Assembly (NCBI GenBank): GCA_034521595.1
Contig: JAXHMG010000003.1
Coordinates: 1,728,001-1,792,000 of the forward strand
DNA length: 64,000 bases
From: Gemmatimonadota bacterium
GTDB taxonomy: Bacteria > Gemmatimonadota > Gemmatimonadetes > Longimicrobiales > Gaopeijiaceae
Direction of reading: 5' to 3'
The translations under genes and the position numbers were made by a program. Of the stretch, positions 1 through 11,208 are shown piece by piece; the stretch's first letter is position 1, and each line of letters starts with the position of its first letter. The notes under the pieces were generated by a model. That model had not been told where the DNA came from, searched no databases, and was given only the letters and a program-made list of their open reading frames with translations.

Positions 1-1
1 A

Positions 2-178
2 TGGAACGAGGTCGGCGACGTACGCATGGGCAAGGCCATTCACATCGACATCGAAGCCGAGTCGGAAGCGGAAGCGACCGAGCGGGTCGACGCCATGTGT
101 CGCAAGCTCCTCGCGAACCCGGTCACGGAAGACTACGAGATCTCCGTGGTCGACACACTGGAGCCGACGGGCTCATGA
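2..178 (+). CDS. purS: Phosphoribosylformylglycinamidine synthase subunit PurS (5'-partial)
   Basis: Frame 2, not in the ORF track, reads ...[42 protein letters not shown]..., containing the PurS 'LLANPV-E-Y' motif. The stop overlaps the purQ ATG (ATGA). Confidence 0.9.
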   Translation, partial: WNEVGDVRMGKAIHIDIEAESEAEATERVDAMCRKLLANPVTEDYEISVVDTLEPTGS

Positions 179-873
179 AGGTCGCGGTCGTGACGTTCCC
201 GGGCTCCAACTGTGACCATGACCTCTACAAGGCCGTGCAGCAGGTCGACGGCGCGCCCTCCTTCGTGTGGCACGGGGACCGAGGGCTCGAGGGATACGAC
301 GCCGTGCTGCTCCCCGGAGGGTTCTCCTACGGAGACTACCTGAGACCGGGCGCCATCGCGCGGATGAGCCCGATCATGGAAGACGTCGTCGCATTCGCCG
401 AAGCGGGCGGCCCCGTCCTGGGGATCTGCAACGGGTTTCAAGTGCTGTGCGAAGCGGGACTGCTGCCCGGTGCGTTGGTCCGGAACACCGCCCTCCGCTT
501 CCGAAGCTACGACGTGCTCGTGAAGGTCGAGCGGGCGGACACTGCCTTTACCACCGACTACACGGAAGGTCAGGTCTTGCGGATCCCCATCGCGCACGGA
601 GACGGGAACTTCGAGGCCGACGAGGAGACCCTGGACCGGCTCGAAAGCGAACGGCGCGTGGTCTTCCGCTATACCGACGTGGAAGGCATACCGACGGAAG
701 AGGCGAATCCGAACGGATCCCGCCACAACATCGCGGGCATCATGAACGAAGCCGGCAACGTCCTCGGCATGATGCCTCATCCAGAGCGTGCCATGGAGCC
801 GGTGCTGGGCTCGACGGGCGGCGTGGCATTGTTCACGTCTCTGGTCGCGAGTCTCGAAGCACCGGCGGGCTGA
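175..873 (+). CDS. purQ: FGAM synthase glutaminase subunit PurQ
   Basis: [32 protein letters not shown] and GMMPHPER motifs. The true start is the ATG at 175. Confidence 0.97.
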   Translation: MKVAVVTFPGSNCDHDLYKAVQQVDGAPSFVWHGDRGLEGYDAVLLPGGFSYGDYLRPGAIARMSPIMEDVVAFAEAGGPVLGICNGFQVLCEAGLLPGALVRNTALRFRSYDVLVKVERADTAFTTDYTEGQVLRIPIAHGDGNFEADEETLDRLESERRVVFRYTDVEGIPTEEANPNGSRHNIAGIMNEAGNVLGMMPHPERAMEPVLGSTGGVALFTSLVASLEAPAG

Positions 874-929
874 GCGGCTCGTTCCAACCGACATTCGACG
901 GATCACTTCAAAGCAGGGGTAACGATACG

Positions 930-3230
930 GTGAGCACTGCCGACGGCGGCGCCACGGCGACACACGTTTCACCACGCGCGGGCGACCCCGAGGTCACGCC
1001 CGAGCTGGTGGCCGAGCACGGACTCACGGAGGACGAATACGAACGCGTCCGAAGTGTGATGGGACGTGCGCCGACCTTCACCGAGCTGGGTGTTTTCAGC
1101 GCCATGTGGTCGGAGCACTGTGGCTACAAGAACTCCAAGCGACTGCTCCGGCTCCTTCCGACGAAGGCGCCTTGGGTCATGCAGGGCCCCGGGGAGAATG
1201 CCGGCGTGATCGACGTGGGTGACGGATACGCGCTCGCGTTCAAGATCGAGTCACACAACCACCCCTCGGCGGTCGAGCCCTATCAGGGTGCGGCGACGGG
1301 CGTGGGAGGCATCCTTCGCGACATCTTCACCATGGGCGCGCGGCCCGTAGCAGTGCTCGATTCGCTCCGGTTCGGTGACCTCTCGTCGCCTCGTGTGCGC
1401 TACCTGTTCGAAGGTGTCGTGCGGGGCGTGGGTGACTATGGAAACTGTGTCGGCATTCCGAACATCGGAGGTGAAGTCAAGTTCGACCGCGGCTACACCG
1501 GCAACCCACTGGTGAACGCGATGTGCCTCGGCCTCATGAAGAAAGAGGAGCTCATCACCGCGTCGGCCTCCGGGGTGGGCAACACGCTGATGGCCGTGGG
1601 CGCTCGGACCGGGCGGGACGGGATCCACGGCGCCACGTTCGCGAGCGAGGAGCTGAGCGACGGCTCGGACGAAGCGAGCCGTCCCCGAGTCCAGGTCGGC
1701 GACCCGTTCACCGAGAAGCTCCTCCTGGAGGCCAGCCTCGAGCTCATCCACAGCGGAGCCATCGTCGGCATCCAGGACATGGGCGCTGCCGGCATCACGT
1801 CGTCGGCTTCCGAGATGGCCGGAAGGGCGGGCAGCGGCGTGGAGATCGACATGGCGCTCGTGCCCGTGCGTGAAGAGGGCATGACCCCCTACGAGATCCT
1901 GCTTTCGGAGTCACAGGAACGGATGCTCGTCGTGGCCGAGAAGGGCCGGGAGGACGAGGTCCGGCGAATCCTCGAGAAATGGGAGTTGGAAGCGGCGGTG
2001 ATCGGGAGCGTGACCGACGACGGACGATTCCGGGTGCTCGAGTCGGGCACGACGGTCGCCGACATCCCGGCCCTCCCGTTGACCGACGGTTGCCCGACCT
2101 ACGAGCGAGAAGGCGTCGAAGGAGACGAGGTCCAACGCCGCCGCGCCATGGATCTCTCGGAGCACCTGATCCCCGAAGGCGACCTGACGCCGAGCTTCCT
2201 CCTCCTCCTGGGCTCGGCCAACGTGGCTTCCCGGCGCTGGATCTACGACCAGTACGACACCACGGTGCGAACGAACACCGCCGTGCGGCCCGGCGGGGAC
2301 GCGGGCGTGGTTCGCATCCGAGGCACCCAGCGAGCCGTGGCGGCCACCACCGACTGTAACGGGCGCTTCGTCTACCTCCGGCCGCGGGTCGGTGCGATGA
2401 TCGCCGTCGCGGAAGCCGCCCGGAACCTCGTATGCGTCGGGGCGCTGCCGACGGCCATCACGAACAACCTGAACTTCGGCAACCCGTTGAAGCCCCACAT
2501 CTACTTCCAGCTTCGCGAGTCCGTGCTCGGCATGGCCGAAGCGTGCGCGCACTTCGAGACGCCGGTCACCGGTGGGAACGTATCGCTGTACAACGAGACC
2601 GACGGCCAGGCCATCTATCCCACCCCGGTCGTCGGGATGGTAGGAGTGGTGGACGATGTCGACAGGATCGTAGGACACGCGTTCCGCGAAGCCGGGGACG
2701 ACATCGTGCTCCTCGGCGAGAACGGGGGCGAGATGGGCGGCTCGGAGTACCTCTACGTCACCGCCGACCTCGTCGCGGGGGAACCGCCGAGTATCGATCT
2801 CGCCCAGGAGCGAGCGCTGCAGCAGGCCGTGCTCGGCCTCATCCGGCGCGAGCTCGTCCACTCGGCGCACGACTGCTCGGAAGGAGGGGTCGCGTGCGCG
2901 CTCGCGGAAGCGGCGCTGGGGAACGGGGACACGCCCCACGGAGCAGATATTCGTCTCGACGACGACCTCCGACCCGTCCAGGCCCTCTTCTCCGAATCCC
3001 AGGGCCGCATCGTGGTGTCGTGCGACCCGTCCCGGACTGAAGACGTCCTCCGCGAGGCGCAAGAGCACGGTGTGGCCGCTCGGCGCATCGGGCGCGTAAC
3101 CGACCAGGAATCGGGATTCCGGGTCGAGGTACGGGACGGCTCGATCGAGTGCCGGGTCGCCACCATGGCCGCAGCATTCTTCGACGCTCTTCCGGGTATC
3201 ATGGACACACGCCCCGCAGCCGGAGTCTGA
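930..3230 (+). CDS. purL: FGAM synthase subunit PurL
   Basis: [36 protein letters not shown] and LLSESQERM motifs. GTG start at 930 inferred. Confidence 0.97.
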   Translation: MSTADGGATATHVSPRAGDPEVTPELVAEHGLTEDEYERVRSVMGRAPTFTELGVFSAMWSEHCGYKNSKRLLRLLPTKAPWVMQGPGENAGVIDVGDGYALAFKIESHNHPSAVEPYQGAATGVGGILRDIFTMGARPVAVLDSLRFGDLSSPRVRYLFEGVVRGVGDYGNCVGIPNIGGEVKFDRGYTGNPLVNAMCLGLMKKEELITASASGVGNTLMAVGARTGRDGIHGATFASEELSDGSDEASRPRVQVGDPFTEKLLLEASLELIHSGAIVGIQDMGAAGITSSASEMAGRAGSGVEIDMALVPVREEGMTPYEILLSESQERMLVVAEKGREDEVRRILEKWELEAAVIGSVTDDGRFRVLESGTTVADIPALPLTDGCPTYEREGVEGDEVQRRRAMDLSEHLIPEGDLTPSFLLLLGSANVASRRWIYDQYDTTVRTNTAVRPGGDAGVVRIRGTQRAVAATTDCNGRFVYLRPRVGAMIAVAEAARNLVCVGALPTAITNNLNFGNPLKPHIYFQLRESVLGMAEACAHFETPVTGGNVSLYNETDGQAIYPTPVVGMVGVVDDVDRIVGHAFREAGDDIVLLGENGGEMGGSEYLYVTADLVAGEPPSIDLAQERALQQAVLGLIRRELVHSAHDCSEGGVACALAEAALGNGDTPHGADIRLDDDLRPVQALFSESQGRIVVSCDPSRTEDVLREAQEHGVAARRIGRVTDQESGFRVEVRDGSIECRVATMAAAFFDALPGIMDTRPAAGV

Positions 3231-3282
3231 AGTGGCCCTGCCAATGGTGTCTCGAGCGCCGACCGATATCCACCGCTCCGAC

Positions 3283-4693
3283 ATGGATGACCGCCCACGC
3301 GAAGAGTGTGGCGTGGTCGGCATCACCGGCGTCGATCGGGCCGCAGAGAAAGGCGTTTCTCGCGCTCTACGCCCTCCAGCATCGCGGACAGGAAGCCGCC
3401 GGCATCGTCTCCACCGACGGGTCGGAAAGCGCCCGCAGCCACAAGGGCGTCGGACTCGTCTCCGACGTGTTCGACGCGGCAGCACTCGAGCGGCTCCACG
3501 GCTCGACCGCCGTGGGACACGTTCGATATTCGACGGCCGGTGGAGGCGAGCTCGCGAACGTCCAACCCATCACAGCCCGTTATTCCCGCGGGAACCTGGC
3601 CCTCGCCCACAACGGGAACCTGACGAACCAGCTCGACCTTCGTGAACGCCTCGTCGACGAAGGTGCGATCTTTCGCTCGTCGTCCGACTCGGAGACGCTG
3701 GTACACCTCATCGCGAAGTCGCGCCGTGACACCATCGATGGCCATGTCGACGACGCCCTTTCCCAGCTCGAAGGAGCGTTTTCCGTCGTCATCTCGATCG
3801 GGGACTCGGTCTACGCCGCGCGTGACCCGCGCGGGTTCCGGCCGCTGGTCCTCGGCAAGCTGGAGGACGGCCATATCGCCACGAGCGAGACGTGCGCGCT
3901 CGACATTCTCGGCGCGGAGTACGTGCGGGACCTGAACCCCGGCGAAGTGATCCGGATGCGAGGGGGGCGCGTCGAGGAGCTCCGATCGCTTCCTCCGGCC
4001 GAGCCCTCCTCCCCATGTATCTTCGAGCTGGTCTACTTCGCCCGTCCCGATTCGCGCCTCTGGGGGGTGAGCGTGGACCGTGCCCGACGGGCGTTCGGAC
4101 GTCGTCTCGCCCGCGAGCATCCGGTCGACGCCGACGCGGTCATCGCGGTGCCGGACAGCGCGAACTCCGCGGCGCTCGGCTATGCGGAGGAAAGCGGTAT
4201 CCCCTTCGAGCTCGGACTCCTGCGCAATCACTACGTCGGTCGGACGTTCATCCAGCCCTCGCAGAAGGACCGGGATTTCGGGGCACGCATGAAATACAAC
4301 CCCGTGCGCGAGGTCCTCGAAGGCAAGCGGGTGGTCGTCGTGGATGACTCGCTCATTCGTGGCACGACGAGCCGAAGCCTGGTGCGGATGCTCCGGCAGG
4401 CCGGTGCATCGGAGGTGCACTTCCGCATCGGGAGTCCCCCCGTGCGCTGGCCCTGCTTCTACGGAATCGACATGCCCACGAGGGCGGAGCTAGTCGCGTC
4501 GAATCTCGATGTCGAAGCGATCGAACGAGAGCTGCGGGTCGACTCCCTGGGCTACCTATCCCTCGAAGGGATGCTCGCGTGCGTGCAGGACTCCGGATCG
4601 TTTTGTACGGCGTGCTTTTCCGGCGACTATCCCGCGGCGCTCGTGGACGTCGAGAAGGGCTTGGCCTCGCCGGAAGGACCAGGAGCCTGCTAG
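3283..4693 (+). CDS. purF: Amidophosphoribosyltransferase PurF, with an apparent +1 frameshift near 3349-3351
   Basis: The N-terminus MDDRPREECGVVGI (propeptide plus catalytic Cys) is in one frame. LQHRGQE, GHVRYST, HNGN, the VVVDDSLIRGTT PRPP loop and the CFYGID/CTACF Fe-S motifs are in another. Confidence 0.9.
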
Positions 4694-4740
4694 CAGCCCG
4701 TGGTAGAACAGCGCGCCCCGCATCGCCCGAGACGGCGTGG

Positions 4741-5757
4741 TCACCGTGCCGTCTCGAGGTCCTCCTGGAGATAGCGCTCGGCCATATCCACGAACTCGCT
4801 GGATCCGATGTACAGGGGCGTGCGCTGGTGGAGTGACTCGGGCTCGATGCCGAGAATGTCACGGCATCCGTCGCTCGCTCGCCCACCGGCCTGCTCCGCG
4901 ATCATGCTCATCGGTGAGCTCTCGTAGAGTAGACGCAGCTTCCCCTCGGGCTTCTCGCGGTCTCCGGGATACATGAAGATTCCTCCCTGGAGGAGCGTGC
5001 GGTGCAGGTCGGACACCAGCGAGCCGATGTAGCGTGAGCCGAATCCACCTTCGGTCTTCATGTAGTTGACCAGAGCCTGCTGCCCCTCCGTCCACCGGTG
5101 GTAGTAGGCCTCATTCACGGAGTAGACCTTTTTCGGCGGATCCGGAAATTCCATGAAAGGATGGCTGAGCAGGAACTCGCCGATCGAGGGGTCGAGGGTG
5201 AATCCGTGCACACCCGCCCCGCTCGTGTAGACCATCATCGTCGAGGAACCGTAGAGCACGTACCCCGCGGCGACTTGACGAGAGCCGGGCTGCAGACAGT
5301 CCTCGAGCGTGCCCCTCGAACCGGACGAGATCTTCCGGTGGATGCTGAAGATCGTCCCGATCGACACGTTCACATCGATGTTCGACGAACCGTCGAGCGG
5401 ATCGAAGATCACCACGTAGTCCCCCGCCGGAAACTTCTCCGGGATGGGGATGAACGTCTCGTTCTCCTCGGACGCCATGCACGCGACGAGCCCCGTGTGG
5501 TCGAGCGCACGATACATGACCTGGTTGGCGAACACATCCAGCTTCTGGACCTTCTCGCCGTGCACGTTCTCGTCCCCGGCCGCCCCGAGGATGTCGACGA
5601 TGCCCGCCTTGTTGACTTCTCGAGCGATCATCTTGGCGGCGAGCGCGATGTCGTGCAGAAGGTTCGTGAACTTCCCCGTGGCGTGCGGGTGCTTGCGCTC
5701 CTGTTCGACCAGGAAGCGCGAGATCGTGAACACGTGGCTGTCGGGCATCGAGGACAT
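4741..5757 (-). CDS. fbp: Fructose-1,6-bisphosphatase class I
   Basis: [27 protein letters not shown] and GKLRLLYE motifs. Confidence 0.96.
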   Translation of the reverse strand: MSSMPDSHVFTISRFLVEQERKHPHATGKFTNLLHDIALAAKMIAREVNKAGIVDILGAAGDENVHGEKVQKLDVFANQVMYRALDHTGLVACMASEENETFIPIPEKFPAGDYVVIFDPLDGSSNIDVNVSIGTIFSIHRKISSGSRGTLEDCLQPGSRQVAAGYVLYGSSTMMVYTSGAGVHGFTLDPSIGEFLLSHPFMEFPDPPKKVYSVNEAYYHRWTEGQQALVNYMKTEGGFGSRYIGSLVSDLHRTLLQGGIFMYPGDREKPEGKLRLLYESSPMSMIAEQAGGRASDGCRDILGIEPESLHQRTPLYIGSSEFVDMAERYLQEDLETAR

Positions 5758-5835
5758 CGGGCTCCCGGGCTCGGAGATGGTGGAGGCTGACGACGATACG
5801 GAGGCTCAGCGGGACGGTCAACGGTCCGTCCGCCG

Positions 5836-8070
5836 TCATCGGCCGCCGTGGCTCAGCGTGAACCGTCCGTCAGGCCGACCGAGCACCGAGATGCTCCCAT
5901 CTCGGTCCGTACGCCGCACATCGATGGCGCGTGCGCGGAGTCGCTCCAACACCTCGGGAGCCGGATGTCCGTAGCGGTTGCTCCGACCGACGGAGATGAG
6001 CGCGAGCTCCGGTCGGATGCCGTCGAGGAGGGCGGGATCGGTCGACGTATCACTCCCGTGGTGACCGACCTTGAGCACCTCGATATCGGGTCCCAGGAGG
6101 GCCGCGAGTCTCCGTTCCACGGGCTTGTACGCATCTCCGGTGAGCAGGGCGTCGAACGCACCGTGTCGCACCATCAGTACGACGGATCCCTCGTTGGTCT
6201 CGACGCCGGCGGCACGCATGGAGTCGGTGGGACTCAGCACCTCGATCTCGACCCGCCCGAGCTCGAGCCGCGTGCCCGCCCGGGCGACGAGCCAGGGAAC
6301 GTCCCGTCGCGCCGCCATCTCGAGAACCTCCACGAACTCCTCTTTGCCCGCGGCGAGTCCGGGGTCGTAGACCGCGCCCACGGGAAACGACTGGAGCACC
6401 GCCTCCGCTCCGCCGATGTGATCGAGATCGGCGTGCGTGAGGATCATCGCGTCGAGGCTCCGGACACCTCGGGCTCGAAGCGCGCGAACGACCGGATGAC
6501 CACGCGGATCGGCGACCTCTGCCGGCCGACCCGCATCCACCAGGACCCACCGTCCCCCCGGGCTTCGAATGGCCGTTGCGTCTCCCTGACCGACATCGAT
6601 CGTCAGAAGCTCCGCCGTGCCGCGTCCCTGGATGGAGACCAGCACCGGCCAGGCGAGCACGCCCACGACGAAGTAGATCGACATCAACGCTCTCCGCGCC
6701 CCCACGCCGATCCAGGGTCGTCGAGCAACATGCGTGGCGACGGCGCCCCCCACGACCATGGCCACGACGGACCCGCGAGTGGCCCAAAGCGTGACCCAAG
6801 GCCGGCTTCCCACTTCCGTGGCCCCGCTCGCGAGCACGTCGAGGAGCGTCGACACCCCACCAGCCAGGAAGACAGCCAAGTCGTGGGAAAGGAAGTCGAT
6901 GGCGATGCTAGCGATCGCCCCCGGGAGGGCGAGCGCCACGATCGGTCCCGCGACGAGCGTCGCGGGAATGCCGACCAAGGAAACCTGTTCGAAATGCCAC
7001 GCGACGATCGGTAACGTGGCGAGCGTAGCGGCGGCGCTCGCGGCCACTCCGACGACCACCGGCTCGGGAACGCGCCCCTGGAATCTCTTCCGTAACGCCC
7101 GAGCCAGCGGGCCCGCCCAGGCCAGCAACCCGGCGGACCCCGCGAACGAGAGCTGGAATCCGGCGGACGCGACTCTCCCGGGATCGAGCGCGACCAGCAC
7201 GAGCAGTGCGGACGCGAGCGCGCCCCAGCGGGCCGGCGGTCGTCCGCGCGCGCGGGAGAGCGCCACGAAGGTCAGGATCAGAGCCGCGCGGGAGGCCGCA
7301 TCGGGGAATCCGATCAGTGCCACGTACGCCCATACGCCCAGCCCTGCGGCCAGACGCGCCGTGCGTGCTCGCAGTCCACTCGAGCGAAGCACGGCGAAGA
7401 GGAGCGCCGCGATGACGCCGACGTGAAAGCCCGAGATGGCGAGCAGGTGCGCCAAGCCCGACCTCGTGAAGTCCTCGCGAAGATCCCGGTCGAAGCCCTC
7501 CCGCCGTGCGAGGGTGAGCGCGGCCACGAACGGAGCCCGTGCGCCGTACAGACCTTCGATCCGGTCGAGAAGCCGGTCCCTCCACCGCACGGCCATCCAA
7601 CGCGGCCCCGCATCTTCCGCTCGGGGCACCGCACGCACGTCGTCGGCTTGAAACCAGAAGCTCCAACTTCCCTCCCGCCAGCGCCCCTCGACCTCCAACA
7701 TGCGGCCAGCGGGCGCTTCCGGAGCATCGACGACCATCGTGACAGGCTCGCACCCTCCGGTCCGCTCGAACGGCGCCGAGCCAGCGCGCGGCGAGGCGAG
7801 GAAACGGCCACGGACCACGGCGCGTTGGTCCGCTTCCGGTGCGGGACACCGTTGCTCCGAAGTGCTCACCCACGCGGCGAACGCGCCGGCGCAGAGGGGG
7901 AGGAGCCACAACCGGGATGGACCGGAGGGCCACGGCCATGCGCGCGTGGGCACCCCTGCGACGAACGCGGCCAGGAGCGGCAGCAGCCAGACAGGCACGC
8001 CGGTCATGACCCAGGCCACCCCGACGGTGAACGCCAGAGCCAGCCTCACTACGGGTGGCGCATGGCCCAT
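5836..8070 (-). CDS. comEC: DNA internalization competence protein ComEC/Rec2
   Basis: HLLAISGFHV competence domain, GFQLSF, and a C-terminal metallo-beta-lactamase domain (DVGQGD, THADLDHIGG, KVGHHGS). Confidence 0.93.
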   Translation of the reverse strand: MGHAPPVVRLALAFTVGVAWVMTGVPVWLLPLLAAFVAGVPTRAWPWPSGPSRLWLLPLCAGAFAAWVSTSEQRCPAPEADQRAVVRGRFLASPRAGSAPFERTGGCEPVTMVVDAPEAPAGRMLEVEGRWREGSWSFWFQADDVRAVPRAEDAGPRWMAVRWRDRLLDRIEGLYGARAPFVAALTLARREGFDRDLREDFTRSGLAHLLAISGFHVGVIAALLFAVLRSSGLRARTARLAAGLGVWAYVALIGFPDAASRAALILTFVALSRARGRPPARWGALASALLVLVALDPGRVASAGFQLSFAGSAGLLAWAGPLARALRKRFQGRVPEPVVVGVAASAAATLATLPIVAWHFEQVSLVGIPATLVAGPIVALALPGAIASIAIDFLSHDLAVFLAGGVSTLLDVLASGATEVGSRPWVTLWATRGSVVAMVVGGAVATHVARRPWIGVGARRALMSIYFVVGVLAWPVLVSIQGRGTAELLTIDVGQGDATAIRSPGGRWVLVDAGRPAEVADPRGHPVVRALRARGVRSLDAMILTHADLDHIGGAEAVLQSFPVGAVYDPGLAAGKEEFVEVLEMAARRDVPWLVARAGTRLELGRVEIEVLSPTDSMRAAGVETNEGSVVLMVRHGAFDALLTGDAYKPVERRLAALLGPDIEVLKVGHHGSDTSTDPALLDGIRPELALISVGRSNRYGHPAPEVLERLRARAIDVRRTDRDGSISVLGRPDGRFTLSHGGR

Positions 8071-8102
8071 CCGGGCTCAGCGCGTCCCGCCGTCCGTTGT
8101 CG

Positions 8103-8414
8103 TCAGTCCTCCTCCGTGTGCAAGAAGAGATCCTGCTGATCACGATCCACGAAGGTCTCCCGCTCCTCGCGGTCCTCGTCCATCAGCCGCGCCTTCAGGA
8201 TGCGCCGCACCTTCAAGTCGGAGCGGATGCCCGCCACCAACATCACGAGCATCCCCACGATCAAGCTTCCGAATGCCACCACGGTCAGCGGCACACCGTA
8301 GAACGTCGCGAACCCGAGCCTCAAGGTGACGCGCTGTCCGGAGTTGAGCGACGCGAACCCCATGGAGAGGATCAGGATCACCAGGACCCCGAGCGCGCTC
8401 AGCAACCGACTCAC
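8103..8414 (-). CDS. LapA-like small inner-membrane protein
   Basis: Two hydrophobic helices separated by 'N..VTL', then a charged tail. The start overlaps the miaB stop. Confidence 0.65.
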   Translation of the reverse strand: MSRLLSALGVLVILILSMGFASLNSGQRVTLRLGFATFYGVPLTVVAFGSLIVGMLVMLVAGIRSDLKVRRILKARLMDEDREERETFVDRDQQDLFLHTEED

Positions 8415-9856
8415 GGCGTGGCCGTCAGCACGCTTCGGCCAACCTCCCGACCGGCAAAGGTCGCTCCGGTGGTGTGCTCGAGCTTCGTTCGAGCATACGC
8501 GCCCACCCGATCGAGAGATCCGTCGAACACGACCACCTTGTTCCGCCGCGTTCGGCCTAGGACCTGTCCCTCATCGCGACCCGCCTTCTCGATGAGAACC
8601 TCTTCGATGCGACCCACCTCGGAGCGGTTGATCTCTCCTTGAATATGGCGGCTGACCTCGATCAGCTCCGCCAACCGGGCCTGTCCTTCTTCGGCGTCGA
8701 TGAACTGATCGGCGGGGAGACGGGTCGCGGGCGTCCCGCCCCGCGGCGAATACCGGTACGTATACGCTTCGTCGAAGCGGACCGTTCTCATGAGGTCGAG
8801 CGTCTCCCTGAACTCGGCCTCGGTTTCGCCCGGGAAGGCCACGATGATGTCCGTCGACAGCGCGATGTCGGGAATCGCCTCTCGCACCAACTCGATCTTC
8901 TCGAGCAGGGATTCGACCGTGTATCGCCGGAGCATGCGCTTCAGGGTCCGGTTGCTGCCCGCTTGAGCGGGGAGGTGGAGCTGTTCGCACACCCCCGGCT
9001 CCGTCGCCATGACCTCGACCAGCTCGGGCGTGACGTCGTTGGGATGCGGCGACGTGAAGCGCACTCGTCGTATCCCGTCCACACGGGAAACCGCCCGGAG
9101 AAGATCGGGAAAGGACCACTCTTCCCAGACATAGGAGTTGACCGTCTGGCCCAACAAGGTCACTTCCGAGACCCCGCGGTCGGCCAGCCCACGGATCTCG
9201 TCCAGGACCCCGTGCGCGTTCCGGTTCTTTTCTCCCCCACGGACGTACGGCACGATACAGTACGTGCAGCGGTGGTCACACCCCCGCTGGATCGGCACCC
9301 AAGCGCTGGGACCCTCCGCACGACGTTGCTCCAGACCGTCGTAGTTTTCACCGAGGTTGAGATCGAGGACGGCGAGCTGCCGACCCCTTCCGTGTCCCGG
9401 GCGTTCGTCGACGGCACCGGGGTCCGGCGGGTTCGTCGGAGCGGCACCGTCCCCCGCTTCGCGGTCCCCGGCTTCAGGCAGATCCGACCGTAGCTCAGCC
9501 AGGGCGTCCGGTAGCGTTCGGTATCCGTCCGGACCCATCACGAGATCGACGTACGGCGCATCTTCCAGGAGCTTGTCGCCGAGCCGCTGGGCCATGCATC
9601 CGGTAACGCCGAGCACGAGCTCGGGCCGGTGCCGTTTGAGTCCGTTGAGCTGGGAGACGCGTCCCAGTACGCGCTGTTCGGCGTGTTCGCGGATGGCACA
9701 CGTGTTCACGAGGATGACATCGGCGTCCTCCGGCGTATCGACGATCCGATAGCCGCGTTCCGCGAGCACCCCCTGCATCAGCTCACCGTCACTGATGTTC
9801 ATCTGGCACCCGTACGTCTCGACGTACGCGCGCTTATGGGTCGTCGTGCTGGTCAT
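8411..9856 (-). CDS. miaB: tRNA-2-methylthio-N6-dimethylallyladenosine synthase MiaB
   Basis: ETYGCQMN, NTCAIRE, radical-SAM CDHRCTYC, RFTSPHP and a C-terminal TRAM domain. Confidence 0.95.
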   Translation of the reverse strand: MTSTTTHKRAYVETYGCQMNISDGELMQGVLAERGYRIVDTPEDADVILVNTCAIREHAEQRVLGRVSQLNGLKRHRPELVLGVTGCMAQRLGDKLLEDAPYVDLVMGPDGYRTLPDALAELRSDLPEAGDREAGDGAAPTNPPDPGAVDERPGHGRGRQLAVLDLNLGENYDGLEQRRAEGPSAWVPIQRGCDHRCTYCIVPYVRGGEKNRNAHGVLDEIRGLADRGVSEVTLLGQTVNSYVWEEWSFPDLLRAVSRVDGIRRVRFTSPHPNDVTPELVEVMATEPGVCEQLHLPAQAGSNRTLKRMLRRYTVESLLEKIELVREAIPDIALSTDIIVAFPGETEAEFRETLDLMRTVRFDEAYTYRYSPRGGTPATRLPADQFIDAEEGQARLAELIEVSRHIQGEINRSEVGRIEEVLIEKAGRDEGQVLGRTRRNKVVVFDGSLDRVGAYARTKLEHTTGATFAGREVGRSVLTATP

Positions 9857-9873
9857 GCCTCAATTCGCAAAGG

Positions 9874-11166
9874 TCATCGGGGCGCCGCAATATACAGATG
9901 ATCCCCGTCTCCTCGCAGGGTGCCTTCCAAGAATCGTGCTGTCTCCGCCGCGTCCGGGTCCTCGATGCCCACCCTCAAGTAGTCTCCGGTCAAGCCGCGA
10001 GTCCCGTCGCCCTCGGGCGCGACGCGGGCCCCGGAGCCGATCCGGTCGGCCCGGTGCCGCCGCCCCTTGTCCATGGCCAACTCCCGCAGCTCCCGGGCTC
10101 GATCACCGGCGATCCTCTCGGGCACAGGCGATTCCAGCGCGAGCTCGGCGGCCGGCGTGCCGGACCGGGGCGAGAACGGGAAGACGTGCAGGTAGGTGAA
10201 CGGCAGCTCCTCGATCAACCGAACCGTGTCCTCGTGGTCTCGGGCCGTCTCCCCCGGGAAGCCCGTGATCACGTCCGCACCGAGTCCCATCGGTTCCAAG
10301 CGGTCGGCGATCTCCAGAGCGCGTCCGCGATACTGAGCTCGGGTGTGCCAGCGGCGCATGCGCCGCAGAACCGGATCCGCCCCGCTCTGGAGCGGCATAT
10401 GCAGATGTGGAGCCAACGTTCCCGCCGACGTCTCGAGGAGATCGAGCAGAAGCTCGTCCACCTCCGTGGCTTCCACGCTTCCCAGACGGAAGCGCACGTC
10501 CGGAACCCGTTCCAGGAGCACCGAGACCAGCCGTCCCAACGTCCAACGCGGGTCCAGGTCGCGCCCGTAGTGCCCGATATGGATCCCGGTGACCACCAAC
10601 TCGCCGTGGGCTTCCGCGAGGACACGCGCTTCGGCCACGATCTCCTCGGGATCCCGCGAGCGAGACGCGCCGCGCGCGAGTCGGGTCGCGCAGAACGAGC
10701 ATTTGCGGTCGCATCCGTCCTGCACCTTCAGCCACCCCCGCGTCGCACCGCGTCGCTCGCGCAGGAGCTCGGCACCGACCGGCTCGGAGTCGATGCGATC
10801 CAACGGGCGCCGTACGCCGATCTGTACCAGCCTTTCCCGGCTCGTCCCGTCCGCCACCGCCACCGGGTCGTGGCCCGGAACGACGGCACTCACGCCGTCC
10901 ATGCTCCCGTACTCTTCCGTTCGCAGCGCGGCCGAGCATCCCGCGACCACGATCTCGGCGCCCGGATTCTCTCGATGCACGCGGCGAACGTACCGCCGAG
11001 CTTGCGCATCGGCCTGGTTCGTCACGGTGCACGTGTTCACGACGACGACGTGCGCATCCCTCCGCTCATCGGTCGTCGTCCCTCCGCGGGCTTCGAGCTC
11101 CTGCCGCATCCGCTCGGTGTCGTACTGGTTGGCCTTGCAGCCGAACGTATGGTAGTGGATGCGCAT
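9874..11166 (-). CDS. mtaB: tRNA methylthiotransferase MtaB-like (radical SAM)
   Basis: TFGCKANQYD, NTCTVT, QDGCDRKCSFC and HVFPFSPRSGT motifs. Confidence 0.88.
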   Translation of the reverse strand: MRIHYHTFGCKANQYDTERMRQELEARGGTTTDERRDAHVVVVNTCTVTNQADAQARRYVRRVHRENPGAEIVVAGCSAALRTEEYGSMDGVSAVVPGHDPVAVADGTSRERLVQIGVRRPLDRIDSEPVGAELLRERRGATRGWLKVQDGCDRKCSFCATRLARGASRSRDPEEIVAEARVLAEAHGELVVTGIHIGHYGRDLDPRWTLGRLVSVLLERVPDVRFRLGSVEATEVDELLLDLLETSAGTLAPHLHMPLQSGADPVLRRMRRWHTRAQYRGRALEIADRLEPMGLGADVITGFPGETARDHEDTVRLIEELPFTYLHVFPFSPRSGTPAAELALESPVPERIAGDRARELRELAMDKGRRHRADRIGSGARVAPEGDGTRGLTGDYLRVGIEDPDAAETARFLEGTLRGDGDHLYIAAPR

Positions 11167-11208
11167 GATCTCGGAGATCCTGTCCGCGAGGTGCTGTGGC
11201 GGTCAGTG

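Noticed and set aside
1..174. N-terminal extension of PurQ in the ORF track
   Set aside because: It is an off-frame reading of the purS 3' end. PurQ motifs start at ATG 175.
3340..3360. Programmed frameshift in purF
   Set aside because: There is no recognisable slippery heptamer or stimulatory element, and similar homopolymer indels elsewhere point to sequencing error.
5836..8070. comEC as evidence of a competence island
   Set aside because: comEC is widespread, and no pilus, comEA or dprA genes are in the window.
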